DNA of 60,705 nucleotides, filler included. It is 3 parts of 3 records of this genome, joined end to end, with 100 filler letters (N's around TTAATTAATTAA, not from the genome) between each part and the next. Parts side by side here need not be neighbours in the genome. Positions count along the whole stretch, not along the records: positions 1 to 30,164 come from SRR31156797_13936; 2 more parts are not named here. One strand, written 5' to 3'. The translations under genes were made by a program, and so were the position numbers. Numbering within the stretch: the first letter of the stretch is position 1; each line of letters starts with the position of its first letter. Under the pieces are notes generated by a model that worked only from the letters and a program-made list of their open reading frames with translations, was not told where the DNA came from and searched no databases. This document shows, one piece after another, positions 1-9,688 of this stretch.

Positions 1-67
1 GTAGCTCAGTTGGTAGAGCAACGGCCTTTTAAGCCGTGGGTCCTGAGTTCGAGCCTCAGCGGGATCA
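1..67 (+). tRNA. tRNA-Lys (anticodon TTT), about 6 nt missing at the 5' end (window edge)
   Basis: D-arm GCTCAGTTGGTAGAGC; anticodon arm ACGGC-CTTTTAA-GCCGT; T-arm CTGAG-TTCGAGC-CTCAG; acceptor 3' strand CGGGATC-A; CCA not encoded. Confidence 0.93.
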
Positions 68-71
68 CAAG

Positions 72-102
72 AAAAAAGCTTCCTAATCCAGGAGGCTTTT
101 TT
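72..102 (+). terminator. Intrinsic terminator after tRNA-Lys
   Basis: AAAAAAGCTTCCT-AATCC-AGGAGGCTTTTTT hairpin with T-tract. Confidence 0.8.
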
Positions 103-190
103 AGTTTTAAGTTTTCCAACTTAAAAATTTTGACGCTGAGGTGAGAAATTTATCCCGGGCAGGGATGCTTTGCGTGGGTGCAGTTTGGAA

Positions 191-208
191 AGCCTTAGCG
201 GGATCACA
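191..208 (+). repeat. Direct repeat of the tRNA-Lys 3' end (att-like)
   Basis: AGCCTTAGCGGGATCACA matches 52-69 AGCCTCAGCGGGATCACA at 17/18 positions. Confidence 0.8.
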
Positions 209-333
209 TCAAATCACAAAGCTCTGTATTACCTGATGCAACTGTTTTTCTTTTTATTCCAAATTCTAAAAATCAATCGAACAAAAGCACAACAAAATCA
301 GGCTTTTTGGGTTAGGTTTTCATTCAGATTAAA

Positions 334-341
334 TACATTTG
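334..341 (+). promoter_or_regulatory. Bacteroidota -7 promoter element for pepD
   Basis: TACATTTG matches TAnnTTTG, 45 nt upstream of the ATG. Confidence 0.65.
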
Positions 342-386
342 CCGATCGCAAATCAATATTAATAATTTATTAAACCACGAGAAAAC

Positions 387-1847
387 ATGAATAAGGATTT
401 AAGTAGTTTGAAACCCCAATCCCTTTGGAAACATTTTGAAACCCTTACCCAGGTGCCCCGCCCTTCAAAAAAGGAGGAGAGGATCATCCAGGTTGTAAAA
501 GAGTTTGGCGAAAATCTTGGATTAGAAACCATTGTTGATGAAGTTGGTAACGTGATCATTAAAAAGCCTGCCACCCCAGGCATGGAAGATCGCAAATGCA
601 TTGTTTTACAAGGGCACCTCGATATGGTGCCACAGGCAAACAGCGACAAGGAATTCGATTTCGAAACCGATCCCATCGAAGCCTACATTGATGGAGAATG
701 GGTTACGGCTAATGGTACAACGCTTGGAGCGGATAATGGTATGGGTGTGGCTGCCGCGATGGCTGTTCTCGAAGCCAAAGATTTGGAGCATGGCCCAATA
801 GAAGCACTTTTTACAATAGATGAAGAAACAGGTATGACCGGAGCCTTTGGATTGAAACAAGGTGTGCTTGATGGTGATATCCTGCTAAATATGGATTCAG
901 AAGATGAAGGTGAATTATACATTGGCTGCGCAGGTGGTATTAACGCCAATTCCAGTTTAAAATATAAAAAAGTAGCTGCACCTGCTGATGCAGCAACCTA
1001 CAAAATCACAGTGGCAGGTTTGAAAGGTGGTCACTCAGGTATTGATATTCCGCTGTATCGTGGTAATGCCAATAAACTTCTGTTCCGCCTGATGCGCAAA
1101 GCTGCGACTGACTATGGCCTTAAAATTTCTGAAGTAGAAGGTGGAAGCCTTCGCAATGCGATTCCGCGCGAAGCGCATGCTTTTGTTACCATAAACAAAG
1201 GCACAGAAGATGCTTTTGTGAAATTCGTTGCTGAATACGAAAGCACTGTTAAAAGTGAATATGCAACTGTTGACCCGGACCTGAACATCACTGCCGAAGC
1301 TTCAAATGCAGTGGAAAAAGTGATGGACGAGAAAGCTCAGGTTGCATTTACAAATGCTGTGCACGCCTGCCCAAATGGCGTTATCAGGATGAGTAATGAT
1401 ATGGAAGGTCTCGTGGAAACATCAACAAACCTTGCCGTAGTAAATGTAAAAGACGGTGAAGCATCTGCTTTAAGCCTGGTAAGAAGTTCGGTTGATTCAG
1501 CTAAATACGAACTTGCTGAAATGATTGACAGTGTGTTTGCACTGGCCGGCGGCGAAACTGTATTGGATGGTGATTACCCGGGATGGAAACCAAATCCGGA
1601 TTCGCCAATTCTCCACGAAATGAAAGAAATCTATAACAACAAATTTGGTAAGATTCCTGAAATTAAAGCCATCCACGCAGGACTGGAATGTGGATTGTTA
1701 GGTGGAGTTTATCCAAATCTGGATATGATCTCTTTTGGTCCAACTATCCGTTACCCACACTCACCAGATGAAAAAGTGAATATTAAAACCGTAGAAATGT
1801 TCTGGGATTTCCTAGTTGAAACCCTGAAGCATGTTCCAAAGAAATAA
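387..1847 (+). CDS. pepD: Aminoacyl-histidine dipeptidase (peptidase M20C)
   Basis: 486 aa; LQGHLDMV, GTTLGADNG, FTIDEETG, GGHSG, IHAGLECG, HSPDE motifs. Confidence 0.95.
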   Translation: MNKDLSSLKPQSLWKHFETLTQVPRPSKKEERIIQVVKEFGENLGLETIVDEVGNVIIKKPATPGMEDRKCIVLQGHLDMVPQANSDKEFDFETDPIEAYIDGEWVTANGTTLGADNGMGVAAAMAVLEAKDLEHGPIEALFTIDEETGMTGAFGLKQGVLDGDILLNMDSEDEGELYIGCAGGINANSSLKYKKVAAPADAATYKITVAGLKGGHSGIDIPLYRGNANKLLFRLMRKAATDYGLKISEVEGGSLRNAIPREAHAFVTINKGTEDAFVKFVAEYESTVKSEYATVDPDLNITAEASNAVEKVMDEKAQVAFTNAVHACPNGVIRMSNDMEGLVETSTNLAVVNVKDGEASALSLVRSSVDSAKYELAEMIDSVFALAGGETVLDGDYPGWKPNPDSPILHEMKEIYNNKFGKIPEIKAIHAGLECGLLGGVYPNLDMISFGPTIRYPHSPDEKVNIKTVEMFWDFLVETLKHVPKK

Positions 1848-1872
1848 GTTCTTCAAAAAATAACTAAAAATC

Positions 1873-1912
1873 AAAAGCCTCTGCCGTAATTCTGGCAGGG
1901 GTTTTTATTTTT
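1873..1912 (+). terminator. Intrinsic terminator after pepD
   Basis: AAAAGCCTCTGCC...GGCAGGGGTTTTT hairpin plus T-tract. Confidence 0.8.
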
Positions 1913-2052
1913 ATTCTTGTAGTTCCAGTGCTTACAAACCAATTAAATTTTGAGGAGATGCAGATAACTTTTTAAACTGTGTTTTGTTGAACTTAAAAAA
2001 ATAATAAATCAACAGGAGATTTACATCGGCGGGCATGATAAATTGATTTATC

Positions 2053-2060
2053 TAATTTTG
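2053..2060 (+). promoter_or_regulatory. Bacteroidota -7 element for the DUF502-surE-lpxB operon
   Basis: TAATTTTG, 14 nt upstream of ATG 2075. Confidence 0.6.
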
Positions 2061-2074
2061 CCGAAAATTCTGGT

Positions 2075-2662
2075 ATGAAAACAAAAGGTATCACCAATAG
2101 AATCGTTACTTATTTTTTTCAGGGTTTGCTCTACATCGGACCATTGGCCATTACAATCTATTCCATTTATGTGTTGTTTGTATGGGTTGATGGATTGCTG
2201 AAAGAATATCTGGATGAGTATCTTGGCCTAAGCATTCCGGGGCTGGGTTTCCTTACGGTGTTGGTTATTATATTAATCGTAGGATTTTTGGGGTCTTCGA
2301 TTCTATTCAGGCCAATTGCTCATTATTTTGACGGTTTGATCAGCAGGGCTCCGTTAATCAAGATTATTTACACATCTGTAAAAGATTTACTTTCGGCTTT
2401 TGTGGGGCAAAAACGCCGCTTTAATAAGCCGGTTCTTGTTAAGGTAAGCGCCGACGGGGCACTTGAAAAGGTGGGTTTTATAACCAACGACGATCTTTCA
2501 GAACTTGGAATCACTGAAAAGAAAATAGCAGTTTACCTGCCGCATTCTTATGCTTGGTCAGGCAATTTGTTTATCGTTCCTGCTGAAAATGTAACACCCC
2601 TTGATGTATCGGCTACCGATGTGATGAAATATGTGATTTCGGCAGGTGTTACTAAAGTGTAA
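2075..2662 (+). CDS. DUF502 family membrane protein
   Basis: 195 aa; two N-terminal TM helices; PLIKIIYTSVKDL, AVYLPHSY...GNLFIVP, MKYVISAG. Confidence 0.85.
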   Translation: MKTKGITNRIVTYFFQGLLYIGPLAITIYSIYVLFVWVDGLLKEYLDEYLGLSIPGLGFLTVLVIILIVGFLGSSILFRPIAHYFDGLISRAPLIKIIYTSVKDLLSAFVGQKRRFNKPVLVKVSADGALEKVGFITNDDLSELGITEKKIAVYLPHSYAWSGNLFIVPAENVTPLDVSATDVMKYVISAGVTKV

Positions 2663-2682
2663 TTTTTCTTGAAAATACAATT

Positions 2683-3492
2683 ATGAAGAAACCATTGATA
2701 TTAATAACAAACGATGACGGTGTGAATGCTCCGGGGATCAGAACCCTGATCAGGATCATGCGTAAACTAGGTGATGTGGTGGTGGTTGCTCCTGATTCGC
2801 AAAGATCTGCTCAAAGCCATGCCATTACTGTTTCGGAGCCACTGAGGCTTAAACTAATAGAAAAGGGCGAAGGCTACCGCGAGTTCAGTTGCAACGGTAC
2901 ACCTGTGGATTGCGTGAAACTGGGCACCAAAATCGTTCTGCGCGACAAACCCGATTTATTGGTTTCAGGGATAAATCATGGTTCCAATGCATCCATCAAT
3001 GTGGTTTACAGCGGAACCATGGCAGCGGTATTAGAGTCAGCCATTGACGAGATTCCGGCTATTGGATTTTCACTCAATGATTATTCACCCCATGCCGAAT
3101 TTCACCACAGCGAAAAATTTATCGAAGAAATTGCTGCCGATGTGCTCAAACGGGGTCTTCCAAGAGGCATATGTCTCAATGTGAATATCCCTAAAATTTC
3201 CGGTGAGCCCATCAAAGGGATAACTGTTTGTCGCCAGGCCATGGGTTCGTGGGTTGAAGAATTTGATGAAAGGAAAGATCCGCGTGGCCGTGATTATTAC
3301 TGGATTACCGGTGTATTCAGCAATCCTGACCACAAACAGGGAACCGATACCTGGGCCATGGAAAACAATTATATTGCTGTTGTCCCTATGAAATTTGACC
3401 TGACTGCTTACGATGCCATGTCTGTAATCAATGCCTATGGATTTGTTGGTAAAGATAAAGTATTGCAGGAGCAGGCAGAAAGAAACAATTAA
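2683..3492 (+). CDS. surE: 5'/3'-nucleotidase SurE
   Basis: ILITNDDG, NGTPVDCV, VSGINHGSN, YSGTMAA motifs. Confidence 0.96.
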   Translation: MKKPLILITNDDGVNAPGIRTLIRIMRKLGDVVVVAPDSQRSAQSHAITVSEPLRLKLIEKGEGYREFSCNGTPVDCVKLGTKIVLRDKPDLLVSGINHGSNASINVVYSGTMAAVLESAIDEIPAIGFSLNDYSPHAEFHHSEKFIEEIAADVLKRGLPRGICLNVNIPKISGEPIKGITVCRQAMGSWVEEFDERKDPRGRDYYWITGVFSNPDHKQGTDTWAMENNYIAVVPMKFDLTAYDAMSVINAYGFVGKDKVLQEQAERNN

Positions 3493-3501
3493 GCAGTCAG
3501 G

Positions 3502-3798
3502 ATGCAGCGTATAGCAAATACAATCAGGAAAAATTCGTGGGCTTTTGGTGCTTTAATTGCGCTGGTGTCCCCATTCCTTACATTATTTATCCTGTATTAT
3601 TTTTTTATGTTTTTGAGTTTGTTGGCTGACCTAAGACCGTATCAAATTGAACGATTTTACCTGCTTTCAATTTCGGCCAATTTGTTTTTGATGCGCTACT
3701 ACCTGGTGGGTGTAAAAATGGATAAAACCGGCAAAAGCATACTGGTTGTTACCTTTATCCTGGTGTTACTGTTTTTTTATTTTAGGGAGCTGTTATGA
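3502..3798 (+). CDS. Small hypothetical membrane protein (about 3 TM helices)
   Basis: 98-aa hydrophobic ORF between surE and lpxB; stop overlaps the lpxB start (ATGA). Confidence 0.7.
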   Translation: MQRIANTIRKNSWAFGALIALVSPFLTLFILYYFFMFLSLLADLRPYQIERFYLLSISANLFLMRYYLVGVKMDKTGKSILVVTFILVLLFFYFRELL

Positions 3799-4916
3799 AA
3801 TACTATATCATTGCCGGCGAAGCCTCAGGGGATTTACATGCTTCGAATCTGATGTTCCACCTCAAACAAAAGGATCCGGAGGCTCAGTTCCGTATATGGG
3901 GTGGCGACAAAATGGAAGCACAAGGCGGAGAACTGGTAAAACATTACCGTGACCTGGCGTTTATGGGATTTATTGAGGTACTGGTCAATCTGAGAACCAT
4001 CCTCAGGAATATCCGCTTTTGTAAAGAAGACATATTGCACTACCGACCTGACGTATTAATACTTGTTGATTATCCAGGTTTTAACCTGCGTATTGCAAAG
4101 TATGCATTTGAAAAAAATCTACGCGTATTCTATTATATTTCACCACAGATATGGGCCTGGAAAAAGAACAGGGTCTATAAGATTAAAAAGTATGTGGAGC
4201 GCATGTATGTGATTCTTCCTTTTGAGCAGGAATTTTATAAAAAATTTGATGTGGATGTAGATTTTGTGGGCCACCCATTGCTGGATGCTATTGAGCAGGA
4301 GAAGCCCAGGTTGAATTCACCATCCGGGTTTCGGAAAAAATATGGCCTGGATGATCGTAAAATAATTGCCCTGCTTCCCGGAAGCCGCAAACAGGAAATA
4401 TCCAAGATGCTGCCGGTAATGCTTTCGGTTTGTAATGACTTTCCTGATTACCAGTTTGTGGTTGCCGGTGCACCATCTATCCAGGATGATTTTTACCGGG
4501 ATATCTTCAGAAATCAAAATGTAAACATCATTTACGGGGCAACCCATGATTTGCTGCACAATGCGTTTGCCGGGCTGGTCACATCCGGGACTGCAACACT
4601 CGAAACAGCCCTGCTAAATCTTCCGCAGGTGGTTTGTTATAAAGGCAGCAATATTTCATTTCAGATCGCCAAAAGAATTGTTGATATCAAATATATTTCA
4701 CTGGTGAACCTTATCATGGATCGGGAAGTTGTGAAGGAACTGATCCAAAGCAAGATGAATCATGTTACTGTAAAGCAAAACCTGAAAGCAATTCTGGCAC
4801 CTGGCAGGCGTGATACCATATTTGAAGATTATGCAGCATTGAGAGAAAAACTAGGTGGTAAAGGAGCTTCTGAAATGGCAGCTGATCTCATGCTTAAAAG
4901 GCTTTCTAAAGATTAA
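3795..4916 (+). CDS. lpxB: Lipid-A-disaccharide synthase
   Basis: IAGEASGDLH, VDYPGFN, PQIWAW, FVGHPL, LLPGSR, TSGTATLE. Confidence 0.96.
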   Translation: MKYYIIAGEASGDLHASNLMFHLKQKDPEAQFRIWGGDKMEAQGGELVKHYRDLAFMGFIEVLVNLRTILRNIRFCKEDILHYRPDVLILVDYPGFNLRIAKYAFEKNLRVFYYISPQIWAWKKNRVYKIKKYVERMYVILPFEQEFYKKFDVDVDFVGHPLLDAIEQEKPRLNSPSGFRKKYGLDDRKIIALLPGSRKQEISKMLPVMLSVCNDFPDYQFVVAGAPSIQDDFYRDIFRNQNVNIIYGATHDLLHNAFAGLVTSGTATLETALLNLPQVVCYKGSNISFQIAKRIVDIKYISLVNLIMDREVVKELIQSKMNHVTVKQNLKAILAPGRRDTIFEDYAALREKLGGKGASEMAADLMLKRLSKD

Positions 4917-5055
4917 TTCCATTTTGAAATTTATTGGTGTAATTGTAACATGTTGATTGTTAAACATTCACTCAACTAATCATAATGTTTTCATGCTTTC
5001 ATCTACATATAAACATGTATTGAGAATCAATACCGAATTCCTATAAAAAAAAGCA

Positions 5056-5063
5056 TACTTTTG
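5056..5063 (+). promoter_or_regulatory. Bacteroidota -7 element for the FadL-like gene
   Basis: TACTTTTG, 30 nt upstream of ATG 5094. Confidence 0.6.
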
Positions 5064-5093
5064 CGAGCTTATAGTTAATCAAATTAAACTTTT

Positions 5094-6314
5094 ATGAGAC
5101 GAGTATTACTATTATCATTAAGCCTGATGTTGGTAGCATCAACTTTTGCCGGTGGCTACCAGGTTCGTTTGCAAGGACACAGGCAAACCGCAATGGGTTT
5201 GGTTGGCGTATCCTTATTTGGAGATGCCAGCAACTTATTTTATAATCCGGCAGGCCTCTCTCTCCTCAAAAACAAGTATAGTTTTTCAGCTGGAGGAAGT
5301 GGGATTTTTAACAACACTGCTTTCCGGCTTGAAAATTCGACACTTCAGGCAGAGACAGACAATCCGATGGGGACACCATTCTTTGTTTATGGTGCAACAA
5401 AAATCAACGACCGTCTGGGTGTTGGTATTGGCGCCTATACACCTTTTGGTAGTTCAGCGAAATGGGGCGATGACTGGGTAGGCTCACACCTGATCCAGGA
5501 TATTTCGATGAAGGTGATTTTTATTCAGCCTACCGTTTCTTATAAAATCAGCGATCTTATAAGTTTAGGTGCCGGATTTGTTTTTGCAACCGGTGATGTG
5601 GAATTGAATCGTTCACTTTCGTATAGCAGTGCAAACGTTACCGGACAGGTAAACCTTAAAGGGAACACAACTGCTTTTGGCTTTAATGCCGGTGTTATGA
5701 TCACTCCTAATGATCAGTGGAGCATTGGTATTAACTACCGCTCAGAAGTAGACATGGAAATGGAAGGCGGCGATGCCACATTTACCATTCCATCATCCGT
5801 TACAGCATTAATACCTGCCTTCAACAAATTTAATGCAACGCTGCCTTTGCCAGCAAACCTTGATGTTGGGTTTGCCTATCAGGTAAACGAAAAATTGTTG
5901 CTTTCAGCTGAAGTAAATTACGTATTCTGGGATACCTACGATTCACTGAAGTTTGAATTTGAGCAACAACCTGAACTGCTTAATTCAAGTAATCCACGGG
6001 AATATTCAAATACACTGATTTATAGAGTAGGTGCTGAGTATGTTATAAATGATCTTATAACAGTTCGTGGTGGTGCATATTACGACCCGACACCTACAAA
6101 CAAGGATTATTTTACTCCGGAAACGCCAAGTCTGAATACCTATGGCTTGAGTGCCGGTATAACAATCAATCCAACTGAAAATCTGGCGATTGATATTTCT
6201 TACCTGCACCTGGAAACACAAAAGGATACCAGGAGCTACTCACCTGAATATTTTACAGGTGAATATCAGACAAGGACAATGATCCCCGGAATTGGAATCA
6301 GTTATAATTTCTAA
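5094..6314 (+). CDS. OmpP1/FadL/TodX family outer-membrane transporter
   Basis: Signal peptide; hatch motif GGYQV...AMG...DAS..FYNPAGL; TPFG; amphipathic beta-strands; C-terminal YNF. Confidence 0.9.
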   Translation: MRRVLLLSLSLMLVASTFAGGYQVRLQGHRQTAMGLVGVSLFGDASNLFYNPAGLSLLKNKYSFSAGGSGIFNNTAFRLENSTLQAETDNPMGTPFFVYGATKINDRLGVGIGAYTPFGSSAKWGDDWVGSHLIQDISMKVIFIQPTVSYKISDLISLGAGFVFATGDVELNRSLSYSSANVTGQVNLKGNTTAFGFNAGVMITPNDQWSIGINYRSEVDMEMEGGDATFTIPSSVTALIPAFNKFNATLPLPANLDVGFAYQVNEKLLLSAEVNYVFWDTYDSLKFEFEQQPELLNSSNPREYSNTLIYRVGAEYVINDLITVRGGAYYDPTPTNKDYFTPETPSLNTYGLSAGITINPTENLAIDISYLHLETQKDTRSYSPEYFTGEYQTRTMIPGIGISYNF

Positions 6315-6334
6315 TCAATTAAAAACAGAATATC

Positions 6335-7690
6335 ATGAAGATAAGAAATATATTGCTACTATTTGTACTGGTTTCATTTGTTGCGTGTAAACCTGAACTT
6401 GACGACTTTACAACCTCGGGAGGAAATGCCGATTTCACAAAATATGTTGCGATTGGTAACTCATTAACTGCCGGTTATACTGATGGTGACCTATTTAAAT
6501 CCGGTCAGGACAATTCATATCCATCTATGCTTGCCATGCAATTTGAAGCTGCTGGTGGCGGGGAGTTTAAACAGCCTTACATGCTCGACGAATTTGGATT
6601 TGGTAAGCGACTTTTATTGGATGCAAGCCTTCCGGGACCTGTGCCCGCTGGTGGTACACCAGATCCGGGTAACGGGAATTCAATTGCCGACCAGGGGCCT
6701 TTTAACAATATGGGTGTGCCCGGAGCAAAGAGTTTCCATCTTATTACACCGGGGTATGCAACCCTCAATCCGTATTTTGGAAGGTTTGCAAGTGATGCCA
6801 GTACTTCAGTCCTTGAGGATGCCGCCGCTCAGCAGGCTACCTTTTTTACATGCTGGATTGGTGGCAATGATGTACTTACTTATGCCATAGCAGGAGGTGC
6901 AGCAGATAGTATTACAGATATCAATACTTTCAGTTATTCGATGGATTTGATCCTGCAAACCATGACAGCAAATGGCGCAAAAGGTGCTGTTGCCAATATT
7001 CCTGATATTACCTCCTTGCCTTATTTCACTTATATGAATACACAGCTGCCTTATGCCGGACTGGTACTGGATGCGGAAACAGCAGGTTTGCTGAACTTTG
7101 CATACGCCGGTTTCGAACAATTCCTCGCTTCACAGGGTATTGAGTATTCCTATGGATTCAATTTCGTGGAGGGGCCAAATGCTTTTGTTGTTGAAGATGA
7201 AACACTGCCTTTGCCACCTCCTTTTAATGTAAGACAAATGACTCCAGGAGAAATGTTCTTACTTACACTTCCAACTGATTCTCTGTTGAATAATGGTATG
7301 GGTTCTGTGGATCAATCCGGGGAAACACCAATGCCATTTGGTATTCCTGATAAATATTTCATGTCACAACCTGAGATTGATGAAATTTTGGCTGCAACAC
7401 AAGGCTATAATCAGGTTATCACTCAACTTGCAAATACTTATGATCTTGCACTGGTTGATTTGCATGCTAAGCTGGAGGAAGTAAGTTCAACAGGTGTTAC
7501 TTTTGATGGGATTACTTTTACCTCTGACTTTATTACAGGAAATTCATTTTCGTTGGATGGTGTTCACCTCACTGGCCAGGGCTACGCTGTAGCTGCTAAC
7601 TATTTCATCGATGCGATCAACGCAAAATATAGCGCTGATATCAAACCTGTTGGTCCGAGACTTTACCAGGGAATTTACTACTACCAATAG
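6335..7690 (+). CDS. SGNH/GDSL hydrolase family lipoprotein
   Basis: Lipobox FVAC; block I AIGNSLTAG, block II NMGVPGA, block III GGNDVL, block V DGVH. Confidence 0.88.
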   Translation: MKIRNILLLFVLVSFVACKPELDDFTTSGGNADFTKYVAIGNSLTAGYTDGDLFKSGQDNSYPSMLAMQFEAAGGGEFKQPYMLDEFGFGKRLLLDASLPGPVPAGGTPDPGNGNSIADQGPFNNMGVPGAKSFHLITPGYATLNPYFGRFASDASTSVLEDAAAQQATFFTCWIGGNDVLTYAIAGGAADSITDINTFSYSMDLILQTMTANGAKGAVANIPDITSLPYFTYMNTQLPYAGLVLDAETAGLLNFAYAGFEQFLASQGIEYSYGFNFVEGPNAFVVEDETLPLPPPFNVRQMTPGEMFLLTLPTDSLLNNGMGSVDQSGETPMPFGIPDKYFMSQPEIDEILAATQGYNQVITQLANTYDLALVDLHAKLEEVSSTGVTFDGITFTSDFITGNSFSLDGVHLTGQGYAVAANYFIDAINAKYSADIKPVGPRLYQGIYYYQ

Positions 7691-7713
7691 TCAACACACA
7701 AATTCAAATATTG

Positions 7714-7742
7714 AAACCCTGCCGCAAATGGCGGGGTTTTTT
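7714..7742 (+). terminator. Intrinsic terminator of the FadL-SGNH pair
   Basis: AAACCCTGCCG-CAAA-TGGCGGGGTTT followed by T-tract. Confidence 0.8.
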
Positions 7743-7753
7743 ATTTTTGTACA

Positions 7754-8344
7754 ATGGAAAATAAAAAATTGGTATTTGCCACTAACAATGCCCACAAACT
7801 GGATGAAGTAAGGAATGTAGAAGCCTTAAATTTTGATATCCTGAGCCTCAACGATATTGGCTTTATAGGAGATATTCCTGAAGATTACGATACCCTGAAG
7901 GAAAATGCCATGCAAAAGGCAAGGTTTATCCACGATAAATATGGTATGGACTGTTTTGCTGATGATACGGGGCTGGAGATTGATGCCCTGGATGGCAGGC
8001 CGGGAGTGATGTCGGCAAGGTATGCCGGGCCACAATGTAACCCCGAAGACAATATGCGAAAAGTGTTGGATGAACTGAAGGGCAAGATCATTCGGAAAGC
8101 GCGTTTCAGGACGGTTATCGCCCTTATTATGCATGGTGAAGAACATTATTTTGAGGGTGTGGTGATGGGTGAGATTTTGAGCGAAAAACGGGGAGATAGC
8201 GGTTTTGGCTACGATCCCATTTTTTTACCGGCTTGCTACACACACACATTTGCCCAAATGGATCTGGCCCTGAAAAACAAGATCAGCCATCGGGCAAAGG
8301 CAACCGGCAAATTGATTGAGTTTTTGCAGAAACTGCCTGAATAG
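7754..8344 (+). CDS. rdgB: Non-canonical purine NTP pyrophosphatase (Ham1/RdgB)
   Basis: [34 protein letters not shown]. Confidence 0.95.
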   Translation: MENKKLVFATNNAHKLDEVRNVEALNFDILSLNDIGFIGDIPEDYDTLKENAMQKARFIHDKYGMDCFADDTGLEIDALDGRPGVMSARYAGPQCNPEDNMRKVLDELKGKIIRKARFRTVIALIMHGEEHYFEGVVMGEILSEKRGDSGFGYDPIFLPACYTHTFAQMDLALKNKISHRAKATGKLIEFLQKLPE

Positions 8345-8392
8345 AAAATAAATAGTCAGATTTTTTCAGAAATTTCAAAATTTATATTGTTT

Positions 8393-8419
8393 TAGAGACG
8401 CCCAATTTGGGCGTCTCTA
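8393..8419. repeat. Perfect 27-bp palindrome (REP-like) between convergent rdgB and ddl
   Basis: TAGAGACGCCCAA-T-TTGGGCGTCTCTA. Confidence 0.75.
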
Positions 8420-8515
8420 TGTATGAATATGGGAACATTCTGAATTCAAATCCCTACTACTTTATGTGAGTTTGTTGACAATAACTACAAAACTTAATAA
8501 CTCATTAACCAGTAA

Positions 8516-9514
8516 CTATTTTCCGCTCTCCTTCATGGCTTCTTCAACCATCATGGAGAACAATTCGGTAAGGCTGATATCCATTCCCCGGGCCATTTTA
8601 GGGACAATGCTTTCTTTGGTAAGTCCGGGAACTGTATTGACTTCCAGGAAATAAAGGTCTTCGGTTTTTTCATTAAAAATATAATCCACTCTAACGACGC
8701 CCCTGCAATTGAGTTTTTGATAAACCATTGCTGAGGTTTGCTTGATCTGTACCTCCAGCCATTCAGGTATGGGGGCCGGAACAATTTCATCAGCAAGAGC
8801 CGGATCATATTTGGCTTCAAAATCAAAAAACTCCTTCTTGCTCACCACTTCACAAATTGGTAAAACGATCAATTCACCTTTTGATCTTAAAACAGCACAA
8901 GTAAGTTCCCTGCCACCGATAAATTCTTCAATCAAAACTTCGTTATCTTCTTTAAATGCTTTTACAATGGCTGGTTCAAGCTCAGAAGCTTTGTTTACTT
9001 TGCTCATCCCAACGCTTGAACCACCGGCATTGGGTTTTACAAAAACGGGGAGATTCAATTTTTCGATGATCCTGGCAATCGAGTATTTCTCGTTCCTGAA
9101 CAAATGTACCGATCCGGCGCAGTTAATCCCATATGAAGCAATCACACGGTTACAGAAATTTTTATTAAAGGTTAGTGATGAAATCAATGAATCGGAGGAG
9201 GTGTAGGGGATATCCAGCATTTCAAAATATGCAGGAAGTTTTCCGTTCTCGCCGGGGGTTCCGTGAATGGCGCAGAATACACAGTCAAATTCAACTTTTG
9301 TTTTATCAATTACTATGGAAAAATCATTTTTATCTACCTGGTATTTTATTTCGTTTTTTCCGAAGTACCAGTCTTTTCCCTGGATGAAAACAAGGTAAGG
9401 ATTATACTTTTCTGTTTTTAACATTTCGGCAACAACCTTGCCGCTTTTAACAGAAATGTCGAATTCACCGGAATCACCACCTGCAATAACTGCAATATTC
9501 TTTTTATTCATCAT
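8516..9514 (-). CDS. ddl: D-alanine--D-alanine ligase
   Basis: GGDSGEFDIS, HGTPGENG, VKPNAGGSSVG, LEVNTVPG; start moved from TTG 9535 to ATG 9514 (or 9511) because the TTG lies inside the promoter motif. Confidence 0.95.
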   Translation of the reverse strand: MMNKKNIAVIAGGDSGEFDISVKSGKVVAEMLKTEKYNPYLVFIQGKDWYFGKNEIKYQVDKNDFSIVIDKTKVEFDCVFCAIHGTPGENGKLPAYFEMLDIPYTSSDSLISSLTFNKNFCNRVIASYGINCAGSVHLFRNEKYSIARIIEKLNLPVFVKPNAGGSSVGMSKVNKASELEPAIVKAFKEDNEVLIEEFIGGRELTCAVLRSKGELIVLPICEVVSKKEFFDFEAKYDPALADEIVPAPIPEWLEVQIKQTSAMVYQKLNCRGVVRVDYIFNEKTEDLYFLEVNTVPGLTKESIVPKMARGMDISLTELFSMMVEEAMKESGK

Positions 9515-9532
9515 CGATTTTGATTTTACCGG

Positions 9533-9540
9533 CAAATGTA
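9533..9540 (-). promoter_or_regulatory. Bacteroidota -7 element for ddl
   Basis: TACATTTG on the minus strand. Confidence 0.65.
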
Positions 9541-9680
9541 TTGAATTTGATTTGAGATACGAAGGGAATGGTGGCCTGGATTGATTGTTTAGCTCTAATC
9601 AGTAAACATAATTTGCAATGACTTAATAAAATACAGCCAAAACGCTTTTTTGGAGTGGTTTCCAACGCAAAAAATTGATG

Positions 9681-9688
9681 TACATTTG
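9681..9688 (+). promoter_or_regulatory. Bacteroidota -7 element for the PASTA operon
   Basis: TACATTTG on the plus strand. Confidence 0.6.

Noticed and set aside
170..373. 67-aa ORF between the tRNA and pepD
   Set aside because: TTG start, no motif, and it overlaps the att-like repeat and the pepD promoter
4946..4958. TAACATGTTGATT match to the IHF consensus upstream of the FadL-like gene
   Set aside because: A short degenerate motif in AT-rich DNA, common in Bacteroidota spacers, with no independent support
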